DNA from: an uncultured Solibacteraceae bacterium
GTDB lineage: Bacteria > Acidobacteriota > Terriglobia > 20CM-2-55-15
Assembly (NCBI GenBank): GCA_964633285.1
Contig: CAZWGA010000016.1
Span: 19,644 to 83,643, forward strand
Direction: 5' to 3'
Length of the DNA stretch: 64,000 bases
In this document: in pieces, positions 18,080 through 27,678 of the stretch
Numbering within the stretch: the stretch's first letter is position 1
How the letters are laid out: each line of letters starts with the position of its first letter
Position numbers and translations under genes: made by a program
The notes under the pieces: generated by a model
What the model was told of the DNA's origin: nothing
The model's input: the letters and a program-made list of their open reading frames with translations, nothing else
The model's database searches: none

Positions 18080-18748
18080 ATGAGCAGGGCTGTGGCACGA
18101 AAGATGGTGGCGGGTCTGGCTGTCATTACCGCGGTCGCGGCTTGCACGCACCATGCGGCAGTGAGCCACGCCAAAGTAAGTGAGGCGGACCTGAAGTCGA
18201 TTCATCAGCCCACGCCGGATCAAAGAGCCCTGGGGATCTATCAATCCTTCAGCGATGCGGACATCGCTTTCATGACGGGGATGATTCCGCATCACGCGCA
18301 GGCCGTCATCATGGCCGGCTGGGCGCCGAGTCACGGAGCGCGGCACGACGTGTCGGTTCTTTGCGAGCGCATCGTTGTCGGACAGGCCGATGAAATCCGG
18401 TCGATGCAGCAGTGGCTGCGAGATCGCGGCCAGCCCGTACCCGACGCGAAATCGACGCGAATGAGAATGAAAATGAACGGCGTCGAACACGACATGCTGA
18501 TGCCCGGTATGCTGAGCGATGAGGAAATGGCCGAACTGGACAAAGCCCGCTCTCCCGAGTTCGACCGCTTATTCCTGCTTGGGATGATCAAGCACCATCA
18601 AGGCGCGATTGATATGGTCAATGATCTTTTCAAAGCGTACGGCGCAGCGCAGGACGACTCAATTTACAAATTTGCCTCGGATGTGTTTGCCGACCAGTCG
18701 ATCGAGATCGAAGTGATGCACAAGATGCTCGCGGCCGGCACCAAATGA
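18080..18748 (+). CDS. DUF305 (CopM/ferritin-like) exported protein
   Basis: GGAGG before ATG 18080; paired MIPHHAQA and MIKHHQGA motifs; Met-rich loop. Confidence 0.88.
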   Translation: MSRAVARKMVAGLAVITAVAACTHHAAVSHAKVSEADLKSIHQPTPDQRALGIYQSFSDADIAFMTGMIPHHAQAVIMAGWAPSHGARHDVSVLCERIVVGQADEIRSMQQWLRDRGQPVPDAKSTRMRMKMNGVEHDMLMPGMLSDEEMAELDKARSPEFDRLFLLGMIKHHQGAIDMVNDLFKAYGAAQDDSIYKFASDVFADQSIEIEVMHKMLAAGTK

Positions 18749-18773
18749 TGAATCACCGGATGGAGTCCTTCTT

Positions 18774-20801
18774 ATGAAAAAGTTAATTACATTGGTTATT
18801 TCAGGATCGTTCGCAGCGGCAATGTTGATTGTCATGTCGTCGGCGCCCGGCAGCACGCTCGTGGCACAGGCGCCCCAGGCACCTCAGGCTGGAACACCGC
18901 AGCAAGCGACGCCACAAGCCGGCGACACAGGACAGCCGAACGGCGCCGAAGGCCTTGGTCCTTCACGCGGGGGCGAGCGGCCGGCTGCACCACCTCCTCC
19001 TCCCGCCGTCATGCCGCCTCCCGTGACTCCCATTGTTTCGATGACGGCGCCGGCTCCGGATCCTCGTATCGGATTGAAAGCCGGACGATGGGATGCCGCT
19101 CAGGCTGCGTGGAACATGCGCATGATCTCGACGACTCCACCCAGCGAGGCGTCGGCCGGCGCGACCCATTCGGATCTCGCTTTCAGTGGGAAGTACGCGA
19201 TCCAGGGCAACTACAACGGATTCGAGATCTGGGACATCTCCAATCCGGCGAAGCCGGTGCTCGCGAATGCGTACACATGCCCGGCATCGCAGAACGATGT
19301 GTCGGTCTACAAGAACCTCCTGTTCATGTCATCCGAGGCAACCAACAGCCGTCAGGATTGCAAGTTCGGCGGCGTGCCGCAACCCACGAGTGAGGATCGC
19401 GTGCGTGGCATTCGCATCTTCGACATCGCCGACGTTGCGCATCCGAAACTCGTCAGCAGTGTTCAAACATGCCGCGGCTCGCACACGCACACGGTGGTCA
19501 CTCAGCCCGGGGATCCCAACAACGTCTACATTTATGTTTCGGGAACCTCAGCCGTGCGTCCGGGAGACGAACTCAAAGGCTGCCAGGATGGTGGAATCAA
19601 CGATCCGAATTCGTCGCGGTTCCGTCTCGAAGTGATCAAAGTGCCGCTTGCAAAACCGACTTCCGCGGCAATCGTCAGCTCGCCGCGGATCTTCAACAGC
19701 CTGCCGGTGCCGCCCAGAAATGAAGAGCGCGCCGCGATCGATGCGGCAGCTCGCGCTGCCCAGGCCGCTCAGCGTCAAGCGGAAGGCAATCGCGGCCGTG
19801 GAAACGGTAACGGCAATAATCGCGGTGGACGCGGAGATGCGCAGGCTAATACGCCGCCTGCTCCGCCAACCGGGCCCAATCAATGTCATGACATTACCGT
19901 GTATCCGGAACTCGGTCTAGCCGGCGGAGCTTGCGCCGGTCTCGGCCTGCTGCTCGACATTCACGATGCCGCTCATCCATTCCGCATCGATATGGCCGCC
20001 GACTCCAACATGTCCTTCTGGCATTCGGCGACCTTTAATAACGACGGAACAAAGGTCCTCTTCTCCGATGAATGGGGCGGCGGCTCACAGCCGCGCTGCC
20101 GCGCCACCGACAAACCGGAATGGGGCGCCGACGCGCTGTTCACCATCGAAAACAAGAATCTCGTGTTCCACAGCTATTACAAAATTCCGGCGGCGCAAAC
20201 GGAACAGGAGAATTGCGTCGCACATAACGGCTCGCTGATTCCGATTCCGGGCCGGGACATCATGGTGCAGGCGTTCTATCAAGGCGGGGTCACCGTGTTC
20301 GATTGGACGGACGCTTCGCATCCAAAAGAAATCGCGTACTTCGATCGAGGGCCGGTCGATGCGACTCGCCTGGTCGGAGCGGGCTCATGGTCCGCCTATT
20401 GGTACAACGGCGTCATCGTAAGCTCCGAAATCGCGCGCGGCCTGGATATCTACGAACTCATGCCGAGCGGACTCATTTCACAAAACGAACTCGATGCCGC
20501 CAGGACCGTGCAGTTTACGTTTTACAACACTCAGGATCAGCAGAAGTTCGTGTGGCCCCCAAGTTTCGCGCTCGCGAAAGCATTCGTCGATCAGCTCGAC
20601 CGATCGAAGGGCCTTGCCGCCGCAAGGATTCAGTCGACACGCGACGCCCTGGCGGCAGCCGAAAAACTGAATGGACAGTCAAGGCGAAATGCGCTGACAC
20701 AACTCACAACCCAGCTGAACGCCGATGTGTCCGCGAGCACGGATCAGGCAAAGCTGAAAATGCTTGTTGCCGCCGTAACCGATCTCGCGAAAGCGCGCTG
20801 A
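18774..20801 (+). CDS. LVIVD-repeat exported beta-propeller protein
   Basis: Signal peptide, WDISNPAKP, FDIADVAHP, CRGSHTHT, CHDITV, FWHSATF, CVAHNGS. Commonly paired with DUF305. Confidence 0.85.
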   Translation: MKKLITLVISGSFAAAMLIVMSSAPGSTLVAQAPQAPQAGTPQQATPQAGDTGQPNGAEGLGPSRGGERPAAPPPPPAVMPPPVTPIVSMTAPAPDPRIGLKAGRWDAAQAAWNMRMISTTPPSEASAGATHSDLAFSGKYAIQGNYNGFEIWDISNPAKPVLANAYTCPASQNDVSVYKNLLFMSSEATNSRQDCKFGGVPQPTSEDRVRGIRIFDIADVAHPKLVSSVQTCRGSHTHTVVTQPGDPNNVYIYVSGTSAVRPGDELKGCQDGGINDPNSSRFRLEVIKVPLAKPTSAAIVSSPRIFNSLPVPPRNEERAAIDAAARAAQAAQRQAEGNRGRGNGNGNNRGGRGDAQANTPPAPPTGPNQCHDITVYPELGLAGGACAGLGLLLDIHDAAHPFRIDMAADSNMSFWHSATFNNDGTKVLFSDEWGGGSQPRCRATDKPEWGADALFTIENKNLVFHSYYKIPAAQTEQENCVAHNGSLIPIPGRDIMVQAFYQGGVTVFDWTDASHPKEIAYFDRGPVDATRLVGAGSWSAYWYNGVIVSSEIARGLDIYELMPSGLISQNELDAARTVQFTFYNTQDQQKFVWPPSFALAKAFVDQLDRSKGLAAARIQSTRDALAAAEKLNGQSRRNALTQLTTQLNADVSASTDQAKLKMLVAAVTDLAKAR

Positions 20802-20803
20802 AT

Positions 20804-20867
20804 GTGTCAGAGGCCTAAATCACCCAAATTATGAATTACCAATTTGGGTGATTTAGGCCTCTGACAC
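20804..20867. repeat. Perfect 27-bp inverted repeat (REP-like palindrome)
   Basis: GTGTCAGAGGCCTAAATCACCCAAATT (20804-20830), 10-nt loop, exact reverse complement at 20841-20867. Confidence 0.85.
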
Positions 20868-20874
20868 CGAATTT

Positions 20875-21462
20875 ATGTCGAACAAGAACAAGCACGATTC
20901 TCCTCTGGTCAAGTCTGTTCTTGCCCTGGACACCTATCTGGCTGAGCTCGAGCGAATCGGAACGAAGATCAACTCCACGAACATGACTTCCGATATCGAC
21001 ATCGAACACCTCCAGAAACTCATGCATCGTTTTGGCGAATGCGGCCAGGGTGTTTCAAACGAGGTCTCCAACCTTTCCACACATCTGCAAGACGCCCGAA
21101 CCCGCGCAGAAGGTGTGGCGCAGGGAGTGGCGGCTCAGGCCGAGCTTTTGAACCAACGGGTCGTAGAGCAAAACGAAAAACTCGAAAGGCTTCGGACGCT
21201 GGGTGAAAAGATCAGTCAACTGAATGCCTCATTGGGCCAGTTTCGACAAGCAGGCGGCCAAGCGTTCACGGCGGCGGATCACGAGAAACTGACATCCGCT
21301 ATTCCAGCCCTTGAGTCGCAGTTTGCAACTCTCATTGAAGAACTGCAGGATCTTCGGCAGTCCGCGCGCAATTCACGCATGAAAGCCCTCGAGAAAAATG
21401 CCGACTCTCTTGCCCAGACTCTTCAGGCCGTGCGCAAGCGGCTTCTGGATCTGCGCGAATGA
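20875..21462 (+). CDS. Coiled-coil hypothetical protein
   Basis: 195 aa, heptad-rich (L/E/Q/R), no TM or catalytic motif recognised. Confidence 0.72.
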   Translation: MSNKNKHDSPLVKSVLALDTYLAELERIGTKINSTNMTSDIDIEHLQKLMHRFGECGQGVSNEVSNLSTHLQDARTRAEGVAQGVAAQAELLNQRVVEQNEKLERLRTLGEKISQLNASLGQFRQAGGQAFTAADHEKLTSAIPALESQFATLIEELQDLRQSARNSRMKALEKNADSLAQTLQAVRKRLLDLRE

Positions 21463-21487
21463 CACGCGAATTGTGTAGAATGACCGC

Positions 21488-21694
21488 ATGAGCAACAACG
21501 ACAAATTTCAGGCCGGCGACAAAGTCGTCCATACGAAGAACAAGCGGATCGGGTTTGTAAAACACCGGAGAGGCGAAGGCGTTTACATCGTGAGTGTGCA
21601 GGGATTCGGTGAACGCGAATGGAAGGAAGCCGAGATGGAAAAATCCGCCGAACGCCGCGGCAAACGCAATCACAACTGGAACAAGACCGCTTAA
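21488..21694 (+). CDS. Small basic SH3/KOW-like hypothetical protein
   Basis: FQAGDKVVH...GFV...YIVSV pattern; TAGAAT just upstream of the ATG; fills the gap between two plus-strand genes. Confidence 0.65.
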   Translation: MSNNDKFQAGDKVVHTKNKRIGFVKHRRGEGVYIVSVQGFGEREWKEAEMEKSAERRGKRNHNWNKTA

Positions 21695-21700
21695 CGCGTC

Positions 21701-22978
21701 ATGGTCCGCCTTCGATATCTCGGCGCGTTCATTCTGCTCGCTTTCCTCTCGCTTCCCGTACGCGCCCAGGAAGATTACAGCCGAAATTTCTTTCACCAAC
21801 TGGGGCTCATCTTTGGACGTTTCCAGGATGCAGAACTCGATAAGGTTTTTCGCGCCGCCAAACCCATTGCGTGTTCCGAACTCATCATTGATAAAGGCGA
21901 ATGGAGAGAAGTTGCGTTCTTCAATGAAAACCGCAAACTCGGCGATTGGTACATGCGCAGCCTGGACGAGGTCAAAGCGAGTCTTGGTGTGTACACTTTC
22001 AAGGGCATTTGCAGCGGCGAGCACGCCGCGATTCAGCTTGCGACGCGTTTTCCAGTCACCGAAAGTCTCGACGCATACGAGGCCGGGAGAGTTTCGCTTT
22101 CACGGATCGATATCCGGACCAACGCTCCGGTCAGCGCGGTCTACGATCCTCTGAATCAGGCCTACACGTTTGAACTGCCCTATTTGTTTCTCATCAGCCG
22201 GAAAAACGAGGATGTGACCTACAGCCTGTATCCCCCAAAACGAACCGATAAGTATGACCCTGAGGTTGTCAATTTATGGGATTGCAAATCGGTGGCGGCT
22301 TCAGACGTCACGTACCGATTCCTGATTTGCCGAACGCGGCTGGTGACGCACAATGATCCGACAAACAGGCAGAGTGTGCGCCGATCTTTTGGAGCGAATG
22401 CGTATTCCATTTTGTCCGACGGCAAGGAAGCTTTTTCCGATGTGAAACTGAGTTTCGGACCTGACAACGATCCTGTTCCGGATGCCACTCGGCCTCCGCC
22501 ACCCGAAACGCGTACGCCCGCGACCCACGCGCCCGCGACAAGAACATGGCAAATCGCAGATGCCGCAAGCCGTCTCACTGAGATCGCGGAGAATGAATTC
22601 CGGCTTCGTTTCGACGCGCAAATCTGGAATGGAAAAATCGACAAAGGGCAGGCACTCTCAGCCGGATCTCTCTCGGCCGCTGCGGCAACATCCTCCCAGG
22701 GCCGTGATCGCGACTCCTGTGTCTGGAGGCCCGGCGCTGCGAAGCAGGCCGCACTAGTTCTTTCGCAGAGTACGGACGACTCGAGTCTTTTCTACACGCT
22801 GGGTTTCCGCAAGGAAGCTACCGCCGTATCTGCTCTCTTTCAGATTGAGAGTACGAGCGGCACGCCTCCCGGCACGTTGCAGTGTTACTTCCCGGCCAGC
22901 GCGACAATCGCTGAGGTCACGGTCGGTCAGTGGATCGCCATCGTTGGGAAAACCATCGCGATCGAGATCCCCCGCTGA
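21701..22978 (+). CDS. Exported hypothetical protein
   Basis: Signal peptide ending PVRA-Q; two Cys-containing domains separated by a Pro/Thr linker. Confidence 0.75.
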   Translation: MVRLRYLGAFILLAFLSLPVRAQEDYSRNFFHQLGLIFGRFQDAELDKVFRAAKPIACSELIIDKGEWREVAFFNENRKLGDWYMRSLDEVKASLGVYTFKGICSGEHAAIQLATRFPVTESLDAYEAGRVSLSRIDIRTNAPVSAVYDPLNQAYTFELPYLFLISRKNEDVTYSLYPPKRTDKYDPEVVNLWDCKSVAASDVTYRFLICRTRLVTHNDPTNRQSVRRSFGANAYSILSDGKEAFSDVKLSFGPDNDPVPDATRPPPPETRTPATHAPATRTWQIADAASRLTEIAENEFRLRFDAQIWNGKIDKGQALSAGSLSAAAATSSQGRDRDSCVWRPGAAKQAALVLSQSTDDSSLFYTLGFRKEATAVSALFQIESTSGTPPGTLQCYFPASATIAEVTVGQWIAIVGKTIAIEIPR

Positions 22979-22987
22979 CAGCAGCGT

Positions 22988-23683
22988 TCACAGGTCCTTG
23001 AGATTGGCCTGCGTGATGAGTTTCCAGAGGCGAGGTGTTGTTCCCTGTCCGATCTCGATCAAATACAACTCGTCGTTGGCTTGATCGAATGATTGCATCT
23101 GCTCGGTGCTCAGGCCGAGCAGAACGCTCAGAACCATTCGATTCATATAAGAATGACCGACAATCAAGATCGATCCGGATGCATGTTGTTTCCGGATCAC
23201 ATCGATCGCAGTTCGCACGCGTTCCCGCAATGCCGTGAGCGATTCTCCTCCGTCGAGTGAATCGTCAGGCAGCCACTGCCGTCTGGCAAGTTCGGGGCCG
23301 GCTACAGGATCACTGGTCAAAAGGCCCTGGAACTTTCCGAAACGCCGTTCGCCCAGACCCGGCAGGCTGGTTAATGGCGTTTGACCATGAACGATCTCCG
23401 CAGTCTCACGGCTGCGGCTCAGAGTGCTTGAATAGACGGCGTCCAATGGAATCCCCGCAAGTTTTGTTTTGAGCTGTTGCGCCTGTTCACGACCCGTCGC
23501 ATTGAGCGGTATGTCCATGCCGCCCTGCGTTCGGCCCTCCAGATTCCAATTGGTCTGGCCGTGACGAGCAAGATAAATACGCAAAGTGGAGCGCGCCTGA
23601 GCCTTCGGCTGCGCCGTTGAAGGCATCAAAACGAACAGGCCGAGGAGAACGATCAATCGAAACCGGTTTCGCGGATCCTTCAC
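22988..23683 (-). CDS. Histidine phosphatase (phosphoglycerate mutase family) with signal peptide
   Basis: LARHGQT, SSTLSRSRETA, GES, IVGH; AGGAGG RBS before GTG. Confidence 0.9.
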   Translation of the reverse strand: MKDPRNRFRLIVLLGLFVLMPSTAQPKAQARSTLRIYLARHGQTNWNLEGRTQGGMDIPLNATGREQAQQLKTKLAGIPLDAVYSSTLSRSRETAEIVHGQTPLTSLPGLGERRFGKFQGLLTSDPVAGPELARRQWLPDDSLDGGESLTALRERVRTAIDVIRKQHASGSILIVGHSYMNRMVLSVLLGLSTEQMQSFDQANDELYLIEIGQGTTPRLWKLITQANLKDL

Positions 23684-23773
23684 ACATCCCTCCTTTTTGC
23701 TTTCCCAATGTCAACTTCCGAGTCAAACTGCAAAACACAAAAACTCCGAACGCCATTTTAGAGAGAAATCACC

Positions 23774-24712
23774 ATGAGTAAATCTTTAATGAGTGTCCTG
23801 CTGATTGGAGGCGTAGCTTGTGCAACGTTGACGGCTCTTTCTCAGAGCCCGGCGCAAAAGCCGTCCTTCGAAGTCGCATCCGTCAAACGCAACACGGCGC
23901 GGCCGTCGAGTCCCGAAGCTCTCACGCTGGGTTGTCATGGCACAGACAGCCACAGTCCCGGCCCCGGTGGAAACGTCCCGCTCGGACGCTGTGTGTCACG
24001 ATACGAGCCGTTGAGACTTGTCCTGGCGCTTGCGTACGACATTCCGCCTTCGGCCATGTATCCGTACGAAGGAAAAGTTCTATCGGGACCGGACTGGATC
24101 AACTCGGAGATTTACGACATCGACGCAAAGGCCGAAGCGCCGACGTCGGAGTCTCAATTGAAGGTAATGCTTCAGGAATTGTTGTCGGATCGCTTCAAGT
24201 TGAAAGTCCATCGGGAAAGCCGTGAAATGCCGGTGTATGCGCTGGTGACTGGAAAGAACGGCGCCAAGCTTCAGCGCGCGCCCGAGGATCGTGAATGCGG
24301 TGATCAGCGTCGGAGCGATCACCGTTATGAGTTAGGCGCAACGAGTCTGGCGGGACAGTGTCACGCGTTCGTGCCCGATCGCGGCTCGCTGCGAGGCCAG
24401 AGCGTGGAGATGAGCGACTTTGCCGAAATGCTTTCCATCTGGGCGGGACGCATCGTAATCGACAAGACAGGCATTAAGGGACTTTTCGATATCAAGATGC
24501 CTCCGATGACATCCGCCAACGCCGGCCCCTCGGTGGAGATCAAAGGCGGCGACCGCGGCGGCCCTCCAGCGCCAGTCCCCGAACGCGCGCTTCCCGATGC
24601 ACCACAAAACATTTTCACAGCTCTTGATCAAATCGGTTTGAAGCTCGAAGCGTCCAAAGGACCCGTCGAGGTTTTTGTCATCGACAGTATTCAAAAGCCC
24701 TCGGAAAACTGA
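23774..24712 (+). CDS. TIGR03435/DUF3738 soil-associated protein
   Basis: PSFEVASVK, GPDW...YDIDAKA, MLQELLSDRFKLKVH, IDKTG, GLKLE...VIDSIQKPSEN. Confidence 0.92.
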   Translation: MSKSLMSVLLIGGVACATLTALSQSPAQKPSFEVASVKRNTARPSSPEALTLGCHGTDSHSPGPGGNVPLGRCVSRYEPLRLVLALAYDIPPSAMYPYEGKVLSGPDWINSEIYDIDAKAEAPTSESQLKVMLQELLSDRFKLKVHRESREMPVYALVTGKNGAKLQRAPEDRECGDQRRSDHRYELGATSLAGQCHAFVPDRGSLRGQSVEMSDFAEMLSIWAGRIVIDKTGIKGLFDIKMPPMTSANAGPSVEIKGGDRGGPPAPVPERALPDAPQNIFTALDQIGLKLEASKGPVEVFVIDSIQKPSEN

Positions 24713-24719
24713 AAAGAAA

Positions 24720-24785
24720 AACGCGGGTATGAAACCCGCGACTACATGCTCGTCATTACGTAGTCGCGGGTTTTATACCCGCGTT
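24720..24785. repeat. GTAG-type REP doublet between convergent genes
   Basis: AACGCGGGTATGAAACCCGCGACTAC and GTAGTCGCGGGTTTTATACCCGCGTT are inverted copies with one mismatch; each has an internal CGCGGGT/ACCCGCG hairpin and a GTAG foot. Confidence 0.82.
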
Positions 24786-24812
24786 CCATTGTGTCTGTGT
24801 GATCTTTCGTGT

Positions 24813-25292
24813 TTACTGCGTCTTCGGAATAGCTGCCCCGCGATGGCAAGTGATGCACTGAACCTTGACGACATCCGCAGCGGGTTTCCCCAGCGAACCA
24901 CCCAGATTGGTGTTGATGTCGTTCACCATCTTCATCATGACTCGGGCAGTCTTTTTGGTCTGCTTGTCATCGGACGCGGCGTCCAGCGGCACCTGTCCAT
25001 TGGCTCCGGGCTGCGCGCCTGCCATCTCAGCGTGACAGTAATTGCACTGCACACCCAGTCCCATCGTGAACTGCTGCATGACCTGAACGACCTGCTGCCG
25101 TGTCCAGTCTTTCGGGAGAACCTGCAGATTCGCCGGCGGCGCACCGCCTCGCCCACCACCAGCACCACCACCGCCACGACCTTGTTGCCCGCCGCCACCA
25201 CGTTCCGGCGCTTGAGCCATTAACGGCAGCGACACGGCAATGCAAAGCATTACGATTCCGATCCAGACGAACTTGCGATTAGTCATAGGCAC
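24813..25292 (-). CDS. Small diheme c-type cytochrome (photosynthetic reaction-centre cytochrome-like family)
   Basis: Signal peptide, NLQVLP, LGVQCNYCH, ARVMMKMV, VQCITCHRG. Confidence 0.9.
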   Translation of the reverse strand: MPMTNRKFVWIGIVMLCIAVSLPLMAQAPERGGGGQQGRGGGGAGGGRGGAPPANLQVLPKDWTRQQVVQVMQQFTMGLGVQCNYCHAEMAGAQPGANGQVPLDAASDDKQTKKTARVMMKMVNDINTNLGGSLGKPAADVVKVQCITCHRGAAIPKTQ

Positions 25293-25406
25293 CTCGGGCG
25301 GAATTTATACTTTAGATACGTGTCACCTGCCAACACCCAACATCCGCTCCAGCGCTATACGCGGCAGCTACACCCAAATAGACACCCACAAATATCCAAT
25401 CTTTAC

Positions 25407-25436
25407 TTCGGGTATTTTCGGGTATTATTTCGGATA
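25407..25436 (+). promoter_or_regulatory. Tandem repeats overlapping the Fic promoter/start
   Basis: TTCGGGTATT twice (25407-25426) plus TTCGGATA abutting the ATG; related CACCCA/TATCCA inverted cores lie upstream. Confidence 0.4.
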
Positions 25437-26488
25437 TGCCTCTGCATCCCTTCAAAAACCTGGTTCTGACGCCGGACCTTCTTCGCGTCGTGGGCGAAAT
25501 CGACGAGTTCAAAGGAGCGTGGAAGGCCCTGGGCAGTCTCGCGCCGGATCGGCTCGCGACGCTGCGTCGTATTGCGACCGTGGAGTCGGTCGGAGCTTCA
25601 ACGAGAATTGAGGGAGCGCGGCTTACGGATAAAGAAGTCGATGCCCTGCTCTCCAATCTGGACCTGGGTTCTTTTCGATCGAGGGACGAGCAGGAGGTCG
25701 CCGGATACGCCGACGCCACCATGACGGTGTTCGATCACTGGCGTGAAATTCCCTTCACCGAAAATCACATCAAGCAGCTTCATGGCACGCTCCTGAAGTT
25801 TTCGAATCGTGACGAACATCATCGTGGGGGCTACAAAAAAGTTCCCAACAATGTCGAAGCCTTTGATGAACGCGGCCGAAGTGTGGGAGTCATCTTCGAG
25901 ACCGCGAAGCCTTCCGATACACCCCGTCTCATGGAAGAGCTCGTCCACTGGACCAAACGCGAACTCGAAGGCGACGCTCATCATCCCCTGCTCGTGATCG
26001 CGGTTTTTATCGTGCGTTTCCTGGCAATCCATCCTTTTCAGGACGGCAATGGCCGGCTTGCGCGCGTGATTACGAACCTTCTCCTGCTTCGTACGGGTTA
26101 TTCCTACGTTCCCTACAGTTCGCTCGAACGCGTCGTCGAGGAAAACCGGGAACAGTATTACAGGGCGCTGCGCAGCGCTCAGGGCACGCTGGACCGGGAC
26201 GAATCGCATTTAATGGATTGGATTCGATTCTTCCTGTTCAGTCTTGTCGATCAAAAAAACTCGCTCGAACAGAAAGTGAAACGTGAACGGTTGATGACTT
26301 CCCTTTCCGCACTCGACGAAAGACTGCTGCAACTGACGCGTGAGCACGGCAGGCTGACGTTGACGACAGCCCTGAAGCTGACCAAAGCCAACCGAAATAC
26401 TCTGAAACTTCACTTCAAGCAGCTCGTCCGGGCCGGCAATCTGCAACTTCGAGGACGCGGGCGAAGTTCCTGGTACGAACTGGTGTAA
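25436..26488 (+). CDS. Fic family protein with C-terminal HTH
   Basis: HPFQDGNGRLAR catalytic motif; N-terminal STRIEG inhibitory motif (class II); GRGRSSWY wHTH tail. Confidence 0.93.
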   Translation: MPLHPFKNLVLTPDLLRVVGEIDEFKGAWKALGSLAPDRLATLRRIATVESVGASTRIEGARLTDKEVDALLSNLDLGSFRSRDEQEVAGYADATMTVFDHWREIPFTENHIKQLHGTLLKFSNRDEHHRGGYKKVPNNVEAFDERGRSVGVIFETAKPSDTPRLMEELVHWTKRELEGDAHHPLLVIAVFIVRFLAIHPFQDGNGRLARVITNLLLLRTGYSYVPYSSLERVVEENREQYYRALRSAQGTLDRDESHLMDWIRFFLFSLVDQKNSLEQKVKRERLMTSLSALDERLLQLTREHGRLTLTTALKLTKANRNTLKLHFKQLVRAGNLQLRGRGRSSWYELV

Positions 26489-26529
26489 GACAGCCGTTCG
26501 GCGAACGGGTGCGGTAGACTTAACGCCCC

Positions 26530-27678
26530 GTGAATCTCAGTAAAGAACGCATTCTCACCACGCATGTCGGAAGTCTTCCACGTACGCAGGATGTCGTAAC
26601 TCTGCTGTTCCGGCGCGAGCAGAACGAGCCGTGCGACAGGAAGGAATTCGATCGCGTCATGACCGAGGGTGTCGCCGAGACGGTCCGGAAGCAGGTCGAG
26701 CTCGGCATCGACGTCGTCAGCGACGGTGAAACGTCGAAAATCGGATATGCGACCTACATCAAGGATCGCCTCACCGGCTTTGACGGCGACAATCCCCGGC
26801 AGATCGCGCTCGACCTTCAGGACTATCCCGAGTTTCGCGCTCGAATGGCCGCCTTTGCGGGCAAGCAGACCTTCAAACGGCAATCCTGTGTCGGCCCCAT
26901 CCAGTTTGTGGGGCACGAAGATCTTCAGAAGGACATTTCAAACATTCGCGCCGCTGCTGTACGGCATGGAGCACGCGAAGCATTTTTGAATGCGGCATCA
27001 CCTGGAGTGGTTTCAGCCTTCCAGCCAAATCACTATTACCCGTCGCACGCCGCGTATATTGAAGCGATCGCGGAAGCGATGCGCGTCGAGTACGAAGCCA
27101 TCGTCAACGCCGGCCTTCTTCTCCAGCTCGATTGTCCGGATCTCGCAATGTCGCGGCACACCGGCTTTCAGGATTTGACCGAGGCCGAATTCCTGAAACA
27201 GGCCGAGCAGCAGGTCGAAGTCATGAATCACTCGCTTCGCAATCTTCCCCCGGACCGCCTGCGCATGCACGTTTGCTGGGGCAATTACGAAGGGCCGCAC
27301 ATACACGACATCCCGCTCGAAAAGATTATCGGAATCGTTCTCAAAGCGCGGCCCTCGGCCATCCAGTTCGAAGCTTCGAATCCACGCCATGCGCACGAAT
27401 GGATGGTGTGGAAAGAAACGCGTATTCCGGAGGACAAGATTCTGATTCCCGGCCTGCTGACTTCGACATCCAACTACGTTGAGCATCCTGAACTGATCGC
27501 ACAACGCATTGCGCAGTTTGCCGGAATTGTCGGGCGCGAGCGTGTGATCGCCGGGACCGACTGCGGCTTTGGAACTTTCGCCGGAATCGGCAAAATGGAC
27601 GCGAACATTTCTTACAAGAAGCTTGAAGCTTTGGTTGACGGAGCGGCTCTCGCATCGAAGCGGCTCTGGAGGTCATGA
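26530..27678 (+). CDS. Cobalamin-independent methionine synthase II-like Zn enzyme (single barrel)
   Basis: TTHVGSLPR, SDGE, LQLDCPD, MHVCWGN, GTDCGF zinc ligands. Confidence 0.9.
   Translation: MNLSKERILTTHVGSLPRTQDVVTLLFRREQNEPCDRKEFDRVMTEGVAETVRKQVELGIDVVSDGETSKIGYATYIKDRLTGFDGDNPRQIALDLQDYPEFRARMAAFAGKQTFKRQSCVGPIQFVGHEDLQKDISNIRAAAVRHGAREAFLNAASPGVVSAFQPNHYYPSHAAYIEAIAEAMRVEYEAIVNAGLLLQLDCPDLAMSRHTGFQDLTEAEFLKQAEQQVEVMNHSLRNLPPDRLRMHVCWGNYEGPHIHDIPLEKIIGIVLKARPSAIQFEASNPRHAHEWMVWKETRIPEDKILIPGLLTSTSNYVEHPELIAQRIAQFAGIVGRERVIAGTDCGFGTFAGIGKMDANISYKKLEALVDGAALASKRLWRS

Noticed and set aside
24813-25292. Evidence of phototrophy from the reaction-centre-like cytochrome
   Set aside because: Only two hemes, no puf/bch/psc genes; this small family is common in non-phototrophs.
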